A stretch of DNA of 64,000 nucleotides from Gammaproteobacteria bacterium (GCA_030147845.1 JASBUN010000051.1:33146-97145), one strand, 5' to 3'. Positions 49,637-60,065 are shown, counted from the first letter of the stretch. Made by a program: numbers and translations. Notes: generated by a model from the letters alone, not told the origin.

Positions 49637-52303
49637 GTGTCGCGCCCTACTTTTCGCTTTCCGCCGTACGTTCCCTCGTTATTGACCAGCGGCGCCATAG
49701 CTCTGCTTGTGCTGTTGTTCGACCACATATTGCAGGAACGTTACCGGACACAGGAACGTGCCGATGTACTGCATCGGTTGAGCGTCGTGCGTGCTCGATT
49801 GGAGGGCGAGATAAACTCGCGCCTGTACATTGCTCGCGGACTGAAAAGCTATGTGGTCACGCACCCCAACCTGACGTCGTCTGAGTTCCGGCGCTTCGCA
49901 CGCAATCTCATCGCCGGTCAGACCGCCATCCGTGGCGTCCGGTTACTGCCCGAGTCACGCGGCGATAGTGCGTCTCCGGCGGCTCAAGAGCAGTGGATCT
50001 TAGGACAGCGAAATTCGGTAGTACCGCTGCATCACTCGGCGGCGCAGCGTGCGCCGGACAACCATGAGCTGGTGGTATCGGCACCGGCCGGTCTAGGCGC
50101 AGATGGCGATGTGTTCGTCGCACGTGTGCCGATCTATCTGCGCGCGGCCGGCGCCGCCTCCGCAGTGCGCTCGTATTGGGGTACGGCCATAATTCTGCTC
50201 GACGCCCGCGTGATTTTGGCCGAAGCCGGATTGAATCATGTGCCGCCCCGCGATTTGCGCGTGGCGCTGCGCCGCATCTCAGGGACGGCTGATCCTGGAA
50301 CGGTCTTTTATGGCGACCCGACGTTATTCGTTGCCGACCCCGTGGTGCTGCCAGTCACGTTTGCCAGCGGCACATGGGAGTTGGCGGCGGAGCCCGCCGA
50401 CGGCTGGGCTGCGCTGGTGCCGAATCGAGAGTTATGGCGCGCGGGGGGCGTCTTGTTAGCATTGTTGGCTGGCGCGCTGACTTGGCTGTGGGCGCGCTAT
50501 CCGGTGCGTTTACGAAACGAGGTGGAGCGTGCCACCGGTGAGTTGCGCGCCGCACAGGACCAACTGGAGTCCAAAGTCGCCGAGCGTACTTCGGAGTTGG
50601 TATCCGCCAACGCCGCATTGCGTGAAAGCGAAACGCGTTTGGCCGAGGCGCAACAGATAGCGCGCATCGGCAACTGGGAATGGAACGTGCGCTCCAACGA
50701 CCTTTACTGGTCGGATGAGGTATTTGCCATTTTCGGTCTTGATCGTAGCACTTTTGATGGCAGCTACGATGGTTATCGTTCGCGGATTCACCCGGAGGAC
50801 CGCGAGCGCGTGGAACAGGCGGTGATGAACGCGCTGCGTACTGGCCGATTTTATGAGATAGAGCATCGGATAGTGCTCCCCGATGGCGGCGTACGCACCA
50901 TTCATCAGCGCGCGCGCGTCGATGCCGACGAGAACGGAGACGCGGCGCGGATGGCGGGTACCATGCAGGACATTACTGAACGCAAACACACCGAGATTCA
51001 ACTCGAACGTATGGCCTATCACGATTCGCTCACGGGGCTGCCTAACCGCCACCTGCTACGCGATCGGCTACGGCACGCCATGGACAACTCCCGCCGTGGT
51101 CGTCACCGAGTAGCGCTGTTATTCCTGGATCTGGATCGGTTTAAAAACGTCAACGACAGCCTTGGACATGACGCCGGCGATCGCTTATTGGTGCAGGTCG
51201 CGCAACGCTTGTCCAAGCATAAGCGCGAAGAAGATACCCTGGCGCGATTGGGCGGCGACGAGTTCACCATGGTCATCGAGGCTCTGGATGACCCCGATCA
51301 TGCGCGCTTGGTGGCGATCAAGCTGCGCGATGCGCTGGCCGAACGGTTTTTGGTCGATGGGCTGGAGGTGTTTGTGTCGGCGAGCATAGGTATCAGCATG
51401 TATCCCGGCGACGGTGAGGATGTCGATTCGTTGATGAAACACGCTGATACGGCCATGTATCGCGCTAAGGAGCTGGGGCGCGACGGACATCAGTTTTTTT
51501 CCGCCGAGATGAGCGAACGCGCCGACGAGCGCCTGCGGATGGAAACATCATTGTTCCGTGCGCAGCAACGCGAGGAACTCGATCTCTACTATCAACCCGT
51601 GATTGATCTTGCCAGCGGACACATTGTCGCGTTTGAAGCATTGGCGCGCTGGCGTCATCCTGCATATGGCATGCTCGGCCCGCGTGACTTCATTCCGTTG
51701 GCCGAGGAAACGGGTCTGGCCGTCGCGATCGGCCATCACATCCTGCGTATGGCGTGCGGCCAGAGTCGGCGCTGGCGGCTGGAATCGTGCCCACCGGTGC
51801 GGCTGCTGGTGAACGTGTCGCCGCGCCAATTGGCCGGTGACACGTTTGCCGCCGATGTCGAGTTATTACTACGCGAGTCCGGACTCGGTCCCGAGTCGTT
51901 GGGTCTGGAGATCACCGAGCACTTGCTGTTGGAAGACGATCAACGAGTGAATGCCGCGCTGCAAAAGTTGCATGACATGCGGGTTTCTGTGGCGATCGAC
52001 GATTTTGGAACCGGCCATTCCGCATTTTCTTATCTCAAGCGACTTGCGATCAGCACGTTGAAGATCGACCGCAGTTTTATCACCGATGTCGCCATCGATG
52101 CGAGCGACGCAGCCATTGTTGAGGCAATCATCATCATGGGGCACAAGCTTGGCTTGAACATCATTGCCGAGGGGGTGGAAACCGCATCACAGGCCGAATT
52201 TCTGCGCGCTGCCGGTTGCGACGCGGCGCAGGGTTGGTTGTACAGCCGCGCGGTTCCGGCCGCTCAGGTGCCGGCGCTACTGCAACGCTACGGGGTTTTG
52301 TAA
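49637..52303 (+). CDS. CHASE-PAS-GGDEF-EAL c-di-GMP signalling protein
   Basis: Two TMs around a CHASE-like region, PAS (IHPEDR), RLGGDEF, FEALARW, IDDFGTG, AEGVET. Confidence 0.93.
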   Translation: MSRPTFRFPPYVPSLLTSGAIALLVLLFDHILQERYRTQERADVLHRLSVVRARLEGEINSRLYIARGLKSYVVTHPNLTSSEFRRFARNLIAGQTAIRGVRLLPESRGDSASPAAQEQWILGQRNSVVPLHHSAAQRAPDNHELVVSAPAGLGADGDVFVARVPIYLRAAGAASAVRSYWGTAIILLDARVILAEAGLNHVPPRDLRVALRRISGTADPGTVFYGDPTLFVADPVVLPVTFASGTWELAAEPADGWAALVPNRELWRAGGVLLALLAGALTWLWARYPVRLRNEVERATGELRAAQDQLESKVAERTSELVSANAALRESETRLAEAQQIARIGNWEWNVRSNDLYWSDEVFAIFGLDRSTFDGSYDGYRSRIHPEDRERVEQAVMNALRTGRFYEIEHRIVLPDGGVRTIHQRARVDADENGDAARMAGTMQDITERKHTEIQLERMAYHDSLTGLPNRHLLRDRLRHAMDNSRRGRHRVALLFLDLDRFKNVNDSLGHDAGDRLLVQVAQRLSKHKREEDTLARLGGDEFTMVIEALDDPDHARLVAIKLRDALAERFLVDGLEVFVSASIGISMYPGDGEDVDSLMKHADTAMYRAKELGRDGHQFFSAEMSERADERLRMETSLFRAQQREELDLYYQPVIDLASGHIVAFEALARWRHPAYGMLGPRDFIPLAEETGLAVAIGHHILRMACGQSRRWRLESCPPVRLLVNVSPRQLAGDTFAADVELLLRESGLGPESLGLEITEHLLLEDDQRVNAALQKLHDMRVSVAIDDFGTGHSAFSYLKRLAISTLKIDRSFITDVAIDASDAAIVEAIIIMGHKLGLNIIAEGVETASQAEFLRAAGCDAAQGWLYSRAVPAAQVPALLQRYGVL

Positions 52304-52506
52304 GCGCCGCGAACCCGGCGCGCTTGGTGGACGGTGAGTTGGCGCTGCCGGGGCGCGTTTCATATCCACAAACAAAACGCGGATTGGGAATAGCGTGGAC
52401 CGGTCAAGCGTCTATTCTATTCTCAGTGTGGACGGCGTAGATTTGTCAGCTTTAGGCTCAGTAGGCCCCGATGTAAACCCATAACTAGATGAGGAGAACT
52501 AAACCC

Positions 52507-52953
52507 ATGTTTCGAGTCATGCATTCTTTTTTCCTGGCTACCGTGCTTTTGGGTATAACCGTTGCGTCGCCCGTGCGTGCGGACGAATCGCATCCGTTCG
52601 CCACGGCACACTATGTGCTACAGGTCAGCCAGGATGATCCGGCGCGTTGGAAGTTGGCCATGAACAACGCCGTCAACTTGCAGCAGCATTATGGTCCAGA
52701 CAAGGTCGACGTGGTTATCGTCGCTTATGGCCCCGGACTGAAAATGTTACTCAAGAACGCCAAGACCTCGAAGCGGGTCGAGAGTCTGTCGGCTGCCGGT
52801 ATCGAGTTCGATGCTTGCCACAACACCATGAAGGCAATGGCCAAGAAGCTTGGTCATATGCCCAAGCTTACGCCGGCGGCAAAGGTGGTGCCTGGCGGCG
52901 TGATCCGGATTGGTGAACTCGAACAGAAGGGCTATTCCTACATCAAGCCCTAA
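52507..52953 (+). CDS. Secreted DsrE-family protein
   Basis: SD GAGGAG; signal peptide; VVIVAYGPGL, FDACHNTM, GYSYIKP. Confidence 0.85.
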   Translation: MFRVMHSFFLATVLLGITVASPVRADESHPFATAHYVLQVSQDDPARWKLAMNNAVNLQQHYGPDKVDVVIVAYGPGLKMLLKNAKTSKRVESLSAAGIEFDACHNTMKAMAKKLGHMPKLTPAAKVVPGGVIRIGELEQKGYSYIKP

Positions 52954-53391
52954 CGCGGATGCGTTGCAGCGGTGGTCCCATGGCGCCCGGTCGTAGGTGT
53001 TGGCGCGCTCGTGGGACACCGCATTTTCGGGTAATTTCTACCACTCCGCGCCGCCTTCGCCTATCGCCAGCCGCGCGCCCGCGCCGGCTGTAATCGGCGC
53101 ACTTCGATTTCACCGGGCAATTGATGCTCTCCTAGTTACACAACGAACCGCATGCCGGCTTCGCCGCCGAGCGCACGCTGCGCCTGCGCCGGTATGCGCC
53201 CGACATGGCGGCACGCGACCGTTACCCCCATCCGCCACAGCGGTGGTACTGCCGAGCGTTTGCCGGTACCGTAGCCACATGATGAGCGAGGAGGCCGTGC
53301 GCGGTTATCATCCGCAAAACAATATTTTTTAAATATATTATTATGTACGCATATCGTTCAACCGAATGCGGCCACGGAATAGACGTTTCCC

Positions 53392-55737
53392 ATGCAAAGT
53401 CAGCAAACCCCAATTTTGAAGGACATTGTTTTGATCGGCGGCGGACACAGTCATGTCGCCGTGCTCAAACGCTTCGGTATGCGGCCGCTGCCGGGTGTAC
53501 GTCTGACGCTGATTTCTCGCGACATCCTCACACCGTACTCGGGCATGCTGCCGGGTTATATTGCGGGTCATTATGGATTCGATGACAGCCACGTGGATCT
53601 TCGTCCACTGGCCCAGTTCGCCGGCGCTCGCCTCATTCACGACGCAATGACCGGCCTCGATCTCGAACGGCGCTCGGTCATGTGTGAGAATCGTCCGCCG
53701 ATTGCTTACGACGTGCTTTCTATCGACATTGGTTCGACGCCGCGAACCATCGAGGCGCAAGGCGCGGCCGAGTACGCGCTTCCAGTCAAGCCGGTGGCCG
53801 GCTTCCTTGCCGGTTGGAAAGACATCGAACGCCGCGCGCGGGCGGCGGGTTCGGGATTTCGCATTGCCATCGTCGGTGCTGGTGCGGGCGGCGTCGAATT
53901 GACGCTGTCGCTGCAAAATCGACTCGCACAGCACGGTAGTGCGGATAATGGCTCGTTGGCGCGCTTCGTATTGGTAACCAGTTCCGCTGAAATCCTACCG
54001 ACCCACAATGCTCGCGTACGTAAAAAATTTACCCGTATCCTTCGGCAGCGGCAGGTCGACGTTTACACCGGCCACTCGGTGGTGGCGGTCGAGCCCCATC
54101 AGTTGCGCTGCGCCAATGGCGAGCAGGTTGCTTGTGACGCAGTGATATGGGTGACGCAGGCGTCGGCACTCGAATGGCTGTCGCGTAGCGGCTTGGACGT
54201 CAATGAGGATGGTTTCATACTGGTTAACGATTTTCTCCAGTCGTCGTCACATGCTGACGTGTTCGCCGCCGGCGATGTCGCCACCATGATCAATCACCCG
54301 CGCCCCAAATCCGGCGTCATGGCGGTACGTCAGGGTCCGCCGTTGGCCGAAAATTTGCGTCGCGCCGTGGTTGGTCGGCGGTTGAAGCGCCTGCGCCCAC
54401 AACGTCACTTTTTGAGTTTGATCAGCACCGGCGACCGCTATGCGGTGGCGTCGCGCACCGGACTTGCGGTCGAAGGCGCCTGGGTGTGGCGCTGGAAGGA
54501 CCATATCGACCGCAAATGGATGGCCAAGTATCGCGAGTTGCCCGAAATGGGTGTGGCCCGCGGTCCCGCTATCGATCAACGCCTGGGCGATGGCGAGACG
54601 CTGACGGCAATCTCAGCGCTGGCCATGCGTTGCGGCGGTTGTGGCTCCAAGGTCGGCAGCACGCTTCTCAGTCGCGTACTGCACCAAGTGCATCCGGTCG
54701 AGCGCGATGACGTGCTGGTGGGGCTGAAGGATCCGGATGATGCCGCCGTGGTTGAAGTGCCGCCCGGAAAGGTGATCATTCATACCGTTGATTTTTTCCG
54801 TTCCTTTATTGACGACGCTTATATCTTCGGTCGCATCGCCGCCAATCATGCCTTGAGCGATATCTACGCCATGGGCGCCGAGCCGCAGAGCGCGTTGGCG
54901 CTTGCGACTTTACCGTTTGGTCTCGAGCGCAAAATGGAGCAGACCTTGTTCGAAGTCATCAGCGGCGCCATGGAAGCCTTGTCCGAGTCCGGCGCGGCCT
55001 TGGTCGGTGGTCATACCAATGAAGGCCAGGAGCTGGTGTTCGGTCTATCGGTCAACGGTTTGGCCGACCGTAACGACATGCTGCGCAAAGTCGGCATGCG
55101 ACCGGGCGACGTATTGGTGTTGACCAAGGCGGTGGGTACCGGCACTATTTTCGCAGCCGATATGCGCGCCAAGGCCAAGGGGCGATGGGTAGAGGCGGCT
55201 TTGCAAAGTATGTTGCAGTCGAACAAGGCAGCGGCCGAGTGCGTGCACCGCTACGGCGCGCGCGCTTGCACAGACGTTACCGGTTTTGGGCTGCTGGGTC
55301 ATCTGGTCGAAATGACCAAGCCATCGGCGGTGGATGCCGAGTTGTTCTTGGAGTCGTTGCCGATATTGGATGGCGCGACCGAAACCATTGCGCAAGGCAT
55401 ATTCAGTTCCCTGCAACCGGAGAACATTCGTTTGCGGCGCGCCATCGCTAATCTTTCCGAGGCAGCCGATCACGCCCTATACCCATTACTGTTTGATCCG
55501 CAGACCGCCGGTGGACTGCTGGCGTGTATCCCAGCCGCGAACGTGTCGGCTTGCATCGACGAGTTGCACGCGCTTGGCTATACGCAGGCGGGCGTGATTG
55601 GTATCGTTCGCGCCATGGGCGCCGGGCTTGAGCCGATTACGCTGCGGTTGCGACCGGCGCCAACGGAATTTGAGGAGCAGGATGACTTGGCGCCGCTTGG
55701 CAACAATCGACCTGCCAAGGCGCGCGCTAAGTCTTGA
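53392..55737 (+). CDS. selD: Selenophosphate synthetase (SelD/SenC) fused to an N-terminal FAD/NAD oxidoreductase domain
   Basis: GGGHSH, YSGMLPG, GAGAGG, FAAGD, then MRCGGCGSKV, DDAAV, TVDFF, ANHALSDIYAMG, GGHT, TDVTGFGLLGHL, DPQTAGGLL. Confidence 0.95.
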   Translation: MQSQQTPILKDIVLIGGGHSHVAVLKRFGMRPLPGVRLTLISRDILTPYSGMLPGYIAGHYGFDDSHVDLRPLAQFAGARLIHDAMTGLDLERRSVMCENRPPIAYDVLSIDIGSTPRTIEAQGAAEYALPVKPVAGFLAGWKDIERRARAAGSGFRIAIVGAGAGGVELTLSLQNRLAQHGSADNGSLARFVLVTSSAEILPTHNARVRKKFTRILRQRQVDVYTGHSVVAVEPHQLRCANGEQVACDAVIWVTQASALEWLSRSGLDVNEDGFILVNDFLQSSSHADVFAAGDVATMINHPRPKSGVMAVRQGPPLAENLRRAVVGRRLKRLRPQRHFLSLISTGDRYAVASRTGLAVEGAWVWRWKDHIDRKWMAKYRELPEMGVARGPAIDQRLGDGETLTAISALAMRCGGCGSKVGSTLLSRVLHQVHPVERDDVLVGLKDPDDAAVVEVPPGKVIIHTVDFFRSFIDDAYIFGRIAANHALSDIYAMGAEPQSALALATLPFGLERKMEQTLFEVISGAMEALSESGAALVGGHTNEGQELVFGLSVNGLADRNDMLRKVGMRPGDVLVLTKAVGTGTIFAADMRAKAKGRWVEAALQSMLQSNKAAAECVHRYGARACTDVTGFGLLGHLVEMTKPSAVDAELFLESLPILDGATETIAQGIFSSLQPENIRLRRAIANLSEAADHALYPLLFDPQTAGGLLACIPAANVSACIDELHALGYTQAGVIGIVRAMGAGLEPITLRLRPAPTEFEEQDDLAPLGNNRPAKARAKS

Positions 55738-56686
55738 TTAGTTCATCGACGACACCAAGCACGGCGCCGGCTTCGCTCGCAGGCGTGAATCGGGGTGCTT
55801 TATCGGCGCATTGTTGCTGTAGGCGGGTGTAGAACGCAGCATCCTGTTCGGCGCGCCGTAGTAGTTCAGCCAAGGCGCGTTCGTCCTCGAGCGCGTAATA
55901 GCCGGCATAGTCCTCGCCCAGCAGTCCCACCGAGCCGTCTATGCGTGATGCGATGACCGGCAACCCCGCCACCACCGCTTCTGAGATTACATTGGCGCCG
56001 CCCTCCATGCGTGATGACAGTACCATCAGATGACAACGCCCCATCAATCGGCGCACCTGCCAATGCGGAATCTCGCCGAGCCACTGATAACGTGGATTAT
56101 CGGCGACTTCCGCCCGCACGGCTTTGGACCAGTCTTGGTCGTGGGCTTTGCCGGCGTGCAAGACGCGGATGCGCGAACTGTCCGGAAGATGGCGCGCAGC
56201 GAGCGCCGTACGCAGCGGATCTTTTTCTTCACGCAAATGACCGACCACGCAGACATCGAAACCGTGTCCGCGCCGCAGGTAACTGCTAGGCAGCGGCGCT
56301 GCGGACTGGTGGATGACCCGTACTTTGCTCCGAAACTGTGTCGGTAACGCCTCATGCGCCTTGTCATGTAATACCATTAATCGTTGTGCGCGCTCGATCG
56401 AGCCCAAAGTGACGGCGGCATCTGTGTGCATGAAACGGTAAAGATCGGTGCCGGTGAGTGCTACAATCAACGGGCGTTGCGGGTAACGTTCGTGAAATGC
56501 GCGTATGGCCGCTGCGCTACGCCAAGCGTGCAAGGCAATCATGGCGTCGGCATTGCCGCCATCGTAATCGGTGGCAATTGCGACGCGATGGCCGCCTTGG
56601 CGCAGGAAACGCGCCCAACGTACCGCCGTGGCGCGATTGCCGGCGCGAGCGCTCGGCCGCGCCGGTGTGATTAACGCAATACGCAT
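55727..56686 (-). CDS. senB: Selenosugar synthase SenB (TIGR04348-type glycosyltransferase)
   Basis: ITPA...GNRATAVRW, IALHAWRS, LTGTDLY, VGHLREEKDP, SRMEGGANVISEA; flanked by selD and an EgtB-like gene. Confidence 0.9.
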   Translation of the reverse strand: MRIALITPARPSARAGNRATAVRWARFLRQGGHRVAIATDYDGGNADAMIALHAWRSAAAIRAFHERYPQRPLIVALTGTDLYRFMHTDAAVTLGSIERAQRLMVLHDKAHEALPTQFRSKVRVIHQSAAPLPSSYLRRGHGFDVCVVGHLREEKDPLRTALAARHLPDSSRIRVLHAGKAHDQDWSKAVRAEVADNPRYQWLGEIPHWQVRRLMGRCHLMVLSSRMEGGANVISEAVVAGLPVIASRIDGSVGLLGEDYAGYYALEDERALAELLRRAEQDAAFYTRLQQQCADKAPRFTPASEAGAVLGVVDELIKT

Positions 56687-56703
56687 GTTTGAAATTTCAT
56701 TTC

Positions 56704-57993
56704 ATGGCCATTGATCGACAAATTTTACTCGACAATCTAAATGACGCGCGACTGCGTACTTTGGAACTCGTTCGCGGCCTCGATGCCGAGCAGCTGATGG
56801 GGCCGAAGTTGCCGACGGTGAATCCGTTACTGTGGGAAATCGGCCATTTGGCTTGGTTTCACGAGCACTGGATATTACGTCGCCTCGATGGGCGGTCGCC
56901 GCTACTGGCAAATGCGGATGCGCTCTACGACTCGACCCATGTCGCCCACGATACGCGCTGGAGCCTTGCGCTGCCGACGCTCGACGGCACGTTGGCCTAT
57001 ATGAACGCGGTGCATCAATCGCTCATCGATCGGCTCGATCATGAGCCGAGCGCGGACGAACAGTATTTTTACCAGCTTACCGCCTTCCACGAAGATATGC
57101 ACACCGAAGCATTTATCTACACGCGCCAGGCGCTGGCTTACCCGGCGCCATCATTCGCGGCTAGTCATGCCGATGCCGAAGCCGCAGGTGCGCTGCACGG
57201 CGATGTTGCGATCGCCGGCGGTGAACTGCAACTCGGTGCGGACAAGGCGCAGGAGTTTGTATTTGACAACGAAAAGTGGGCGCATCCGGTTGTTGTGGCG
57301 CCGTTTCACATGGCCAGAGCGGCGCTGACCAATGCTGAATACGCCGCCTTTGTCGAGGCAGGCGGCTACCGGCAGCAAGCTTTATGGACTAGTGACGGTT
57401 GGGCTTGGCGCGAAAAAGCGGGTTTGCAGTGTCCAGTATATTGGCGCTCGACGGCTGATGGTTGGCAGGTGCGGTATTTCGACGGCTGGCGAACGTTGGC
57501 GCCGCACCAACCGGTGATACACGTCAGTTGGTACGAGGCCGATGCCTATTGCCGTTGGGCAGGGCGGCGTTTGCCGACGGAGGCGGAGTGGGAGCTTGCG
57601 GCCGCGACAGAGCCGCACGGAGACGGTATTGCGGGAAACAAACGACGTTATCCGTGGGATAACGCACCGCCGACCGCGCGGCATGCCAATCTCGACGGTC
57701 GTCAGCTCGGTTGTGTCGATGTCGCTGCTTGTGCCGACGGCGACAGCGCCTATGGCTGCCGGCAAATGCTCGGCAACGTATGGGAGTGGACCGCCAGCGA
57801 CTTTCAGCCCTTTCCAGGCTTTTCGCCCGACCCGTATCGCGAGTATTCCGAACCCTGGTTCGGCACTCGCAAGGTGCTTCGCGGCGGTTCTTGGGCGACG
57901 CGTTCAAGAATGCTTTGGAATACGTGGCGTAACTTCTTCCCGCCCGATCGCAACGATATTTTTGCCGGTTTTCGTACCTGCGCATTGACCTGA
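56704..57993 (+). CDS. senA: Selenoneine synthase SenA (EgtB-like DinB + FGE-sulfatase non-heme iron enzyme)
   Basis: NPLLWEIGHLAWFHE, YDS, FHEDMHTEA, FDNEKWAH, RLPTEAEWE, GNVWEW, YSEPWF, RNFF, FAGFRTC. Confidence 0.85.
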   Translation: MAIDRQILLDNLNDARLRTLELVRGLDAEQLMGPKLPTVNPLLWEIGHLAWFHEHWILRRLDGRSPLLANADALYDSTHVAHDTRWSLALPTLDGTLAYMNAVHQSLIDRLDHEPSADEQYFYQLTAFHEDMHTEAFIYTRQALAYPAPSFAASHADAEAAGALHGDVAIAGGELQLGADKAQEFVFDNEKWAHPVVVAPFHMARAALTNAEYAAFVEAGGYRQQALWTSDGWAWREKAGLQCPVYWRSTADGWQVRYFDGWRTLAPHQPVIHVSWYEADAYCRWAGRRLPTEAEWELAAATEPHGDGIAGNKRRYPWDNAPPTARHANLDGRQLGCVDVAACADGDSAYGCRQMLGNVWEWTASDFQPFPGFSPDPYREYSEPWFGTRKVLRGGSWATRSRMLWNTWRNFFPPDRNDIFAGFRTCALT

Positions 57994-58028
57994 CGTGATC
58001 TAGGTGGGTCGCCCCTGATCCTGGTCGT

Positions 58029-58766
58029 TTAAAGTATTTTCCATAGCCCCATGACGCTCACTACCATCAGGCCGGCACCGATCCAGCGGGTAAACACGCT
58101 ATGGTTTTTGAGTATGTAGTCGTGCGTCTTCAGTCCCAGGAAGTGGCCGATGGCGGCGACCGGCAGCAGAATCAAGGCGGCCGCCATATGCAGCGGCACG
58201 TCGAATACAATAAATGTCGCCATCTTGATGGTGACCAAAATGAACCAAAGCACGAACAGCGTATTGCGCAGTTGCGGCAGCGCCACGTTACGCATGAACA
58301 CGGCAATCATGACCGGCGCGCCACTGAGCGAGGTTCCGGTAATGTAGCCGCCGAGCACCAACAGCAGTTTGTCGACCCAGGCGCGGTGGCTGTGGATGGT
58401 CCAGTTCATCAGCCAGAGCACCGAGTAAAACAACGTCACTGAGTAGATGAACAACAGTAGCCACAGCGTCGGCAGTTTGATCAGGCCGAGCACGCCGACT
58501 ACGGCCGCCGGGACGACGTACGGCGAGCTACGGCGGAGAAATCCCCAGTCGACGTTGTGCAGGCGTGTGCGCAGCGTCAGTGTTGAGAAAAATAAAAGAT
58601 GGAGACCGATAATCGGCAGCCATAGCAGCGGTTCATCATTGATCAGGAGTAACAACGGCAAGCCCAAGGCAGCGCCGCCAAAGCCCAAGCCGCTGCGTAT
58701 AAAGCCGCTCCATACGAACAGCAGGGCAACGAGGCCGATTTGAAACGTGCTTAGGTCGTGCAACAT
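58029..58766 (-). CDS. TauE/SafE-family sulfite exporter-like membrane protein
   Basis: SGFIRSGLGFGGAALGLP, GTSLSGAP, about 8 TMs. Confidence 0.85.
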   Translation of the reverse strand: MLHDLSTFQIGLVALLFVWSGFIRSGLGFGGAALGLPLLLLINDEPLLWLPIIGLHLLFFSTLTLRTRLHNVDWGFLRRSSPYVVPAAVVGVLGLIKLPTLWLLLFIYSVTLFYSVLWLMNWTIHSHRAWVDKLLLVLGGYITGTSLSGAPVMIAVFMRNVALPQLRNTLFVLWFILVTIKMATFIVFDVPLHMAAALILLPVAAIGHFLGLKTHDYILKNHSVFTRWIGAGLMVVSVMGLWKIL

Positions 58767-58796
58767 GACATCAAGTAACGGTCGGTGATGTTGTAG

Positions 58797-58833
58797 TGCC
58801 ACAAGATGGAGCACAGTGCGCAAAAATGGAGCA
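58797..58833. promoter_or_regulatory. Tandem NtrC-like boxes
   Basis: TGCCACAAGATGGAGCA and TGCGCAAAAATGGAGCA match TGCACCAAAATGGTGCA at 13/17 and 14/17; 20 bp apart. Confidence 0.5.
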
Positions 58834-59063
58834 CATATTTATCCGCTGTGGTTGCACACGCGCGCCCCCCGAGTTGCCGCCAAGTCGAAGCGCGAATCGT
58901 ATCGGCTTGGGTGCGCTCAAGCATCTGTTTTTACGGATTTACCGTGACCTGCGAATGTAGAGCGTAGGAATGTTCGGGCAAACGCATCTTGCATTTTCAT
59001 AGCGAACAGCTTACATACGTAACTGAGATATATGAGATAACAAATCAGCGGGGGAATCCTATC

Positions 59064-60065
59064 ATGAATGTAACGCACCTTACACGGCGCACGCTGTTTA
59101 CACTTACGGGCGGCGTGTGCCTGTCTTTGCTGTTGAGCTTAACGCCTTACGCGAATGCTGGAGAAGTGATCAATTACGGTGTTCAGCCGGCGACCCAGCC
59201 GATTTATATCGCCAAGGCTCTCGGTCTTCTGAAACCGATCGAGAAACAATTCAAGGTCAAGATCGTACTGCGAAATTTCTCCTACGGTGCGCCCGAAAAT
59301 CAGGCCATGGCCGCCGGTGAATTGCAGATCGCCTCGGCGGGAATGGGGCCGGCAGTAGTCGCCTCCGCCCGGTTGCCGGCTAAGTTGTTGGCCATATCGA
59401 TCTTGGAACAGACCGCGCTCATGGTGCCTAAGGATTCGCCGATACATTCGGTGAAAGAACTGAAAGGCAAGACGATTGCGTTTCCCGGTGTTGGCTCGCA
59501 GCAATATCCGCTCTTGCTCAAGGCGCTCGCCGATGCCGGGCTGAAGGAAAGCGACGTCAAGCTGTTCAAGACCAAGGGCTCTGAAATAGGTCCGCTGCTT
59601 AAAAGTCATTCGGTCGACGCGGGTATCACGTGGGATCCACACGTATCCTACGCGTTGGCAAACGGCTGGGCGCGCGTGTTATTGAAAGCCGAAAAGATTT
59701 TGCCGATTTTGCAAGGCCACTATATCGGCAATGGTGAGTATGCCCGCATTGATTTTATCGAGAAGCATCCGAAGCTGGTGCAGGCATTGATGGACGCCAA
59801 CGTCAAGGCTATCGACTTCATTATCAAGCACCCGAAAAAAGCGGCGGCGATGTGGGCCAAGGAAGTCGGCATTCCAGAAAAGGTCGCTCTCTACTCGTTA
59901 AAGGAAAACATATCGGTGTATAGCTTGGACGTTGTGCCGCGCGCATCGGCCATGGATGCCTACACCGGGTTTTTGAAAAAGGCCGGTATTTTGCGTCCTA
60001 CCGACAACCCGAAGATCGCACCTTCATTTGCGGAAAAGGCGCTCGATGAGCTCAAAGCCAAGTAG
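59064..60065 (+). CDS. ABC transporter substrate-binding protein (SsuA/TauA/NMT1-like)
   Basis: Signal peptide; VKELKGKTIA, VDAGITWDP. Confidence 0.9.
   Translation: MNVTHLTRRTLFTLTGGVCLSLLLSLTPYANAGEVINYGVQPATQPIYIAKALGLLKPIEKQFKVKIVLRNFSYGAPENQAMAAGELQIASAGMGPAVVASARLPAKLLAISILEQTALMVPKDSPIHSVKELKGKTIAFPGVGSQQYPLLLKALADAGLKESDVKLFKTKGSEIGPLLKSHSVDAGITWDPHVSYALANGWARVLLKAEKILPILQGHYIGNGEYARIDFIEKHPKLVQALMDANVKAIDFIIKHPKKAAAMWAKEVGIPEKVALYSLKENISVYSLDVVPRASAMDAYTGFLKKAGILRPTDNPKIAPSFAEKALDELKAK

Noticed and set aside
54625..54651. Selenocysteine in the SelD active site or UGA read-through
   Set aside because: Codons are TGC and TGT; I saw no in-frame TGA interrupting any recognised gene
58976..58993. 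sigma54 promoter GGGCAAACGCATCTTGCA
   Set aside because: GG-GC spacing is 12 rather than the required 10
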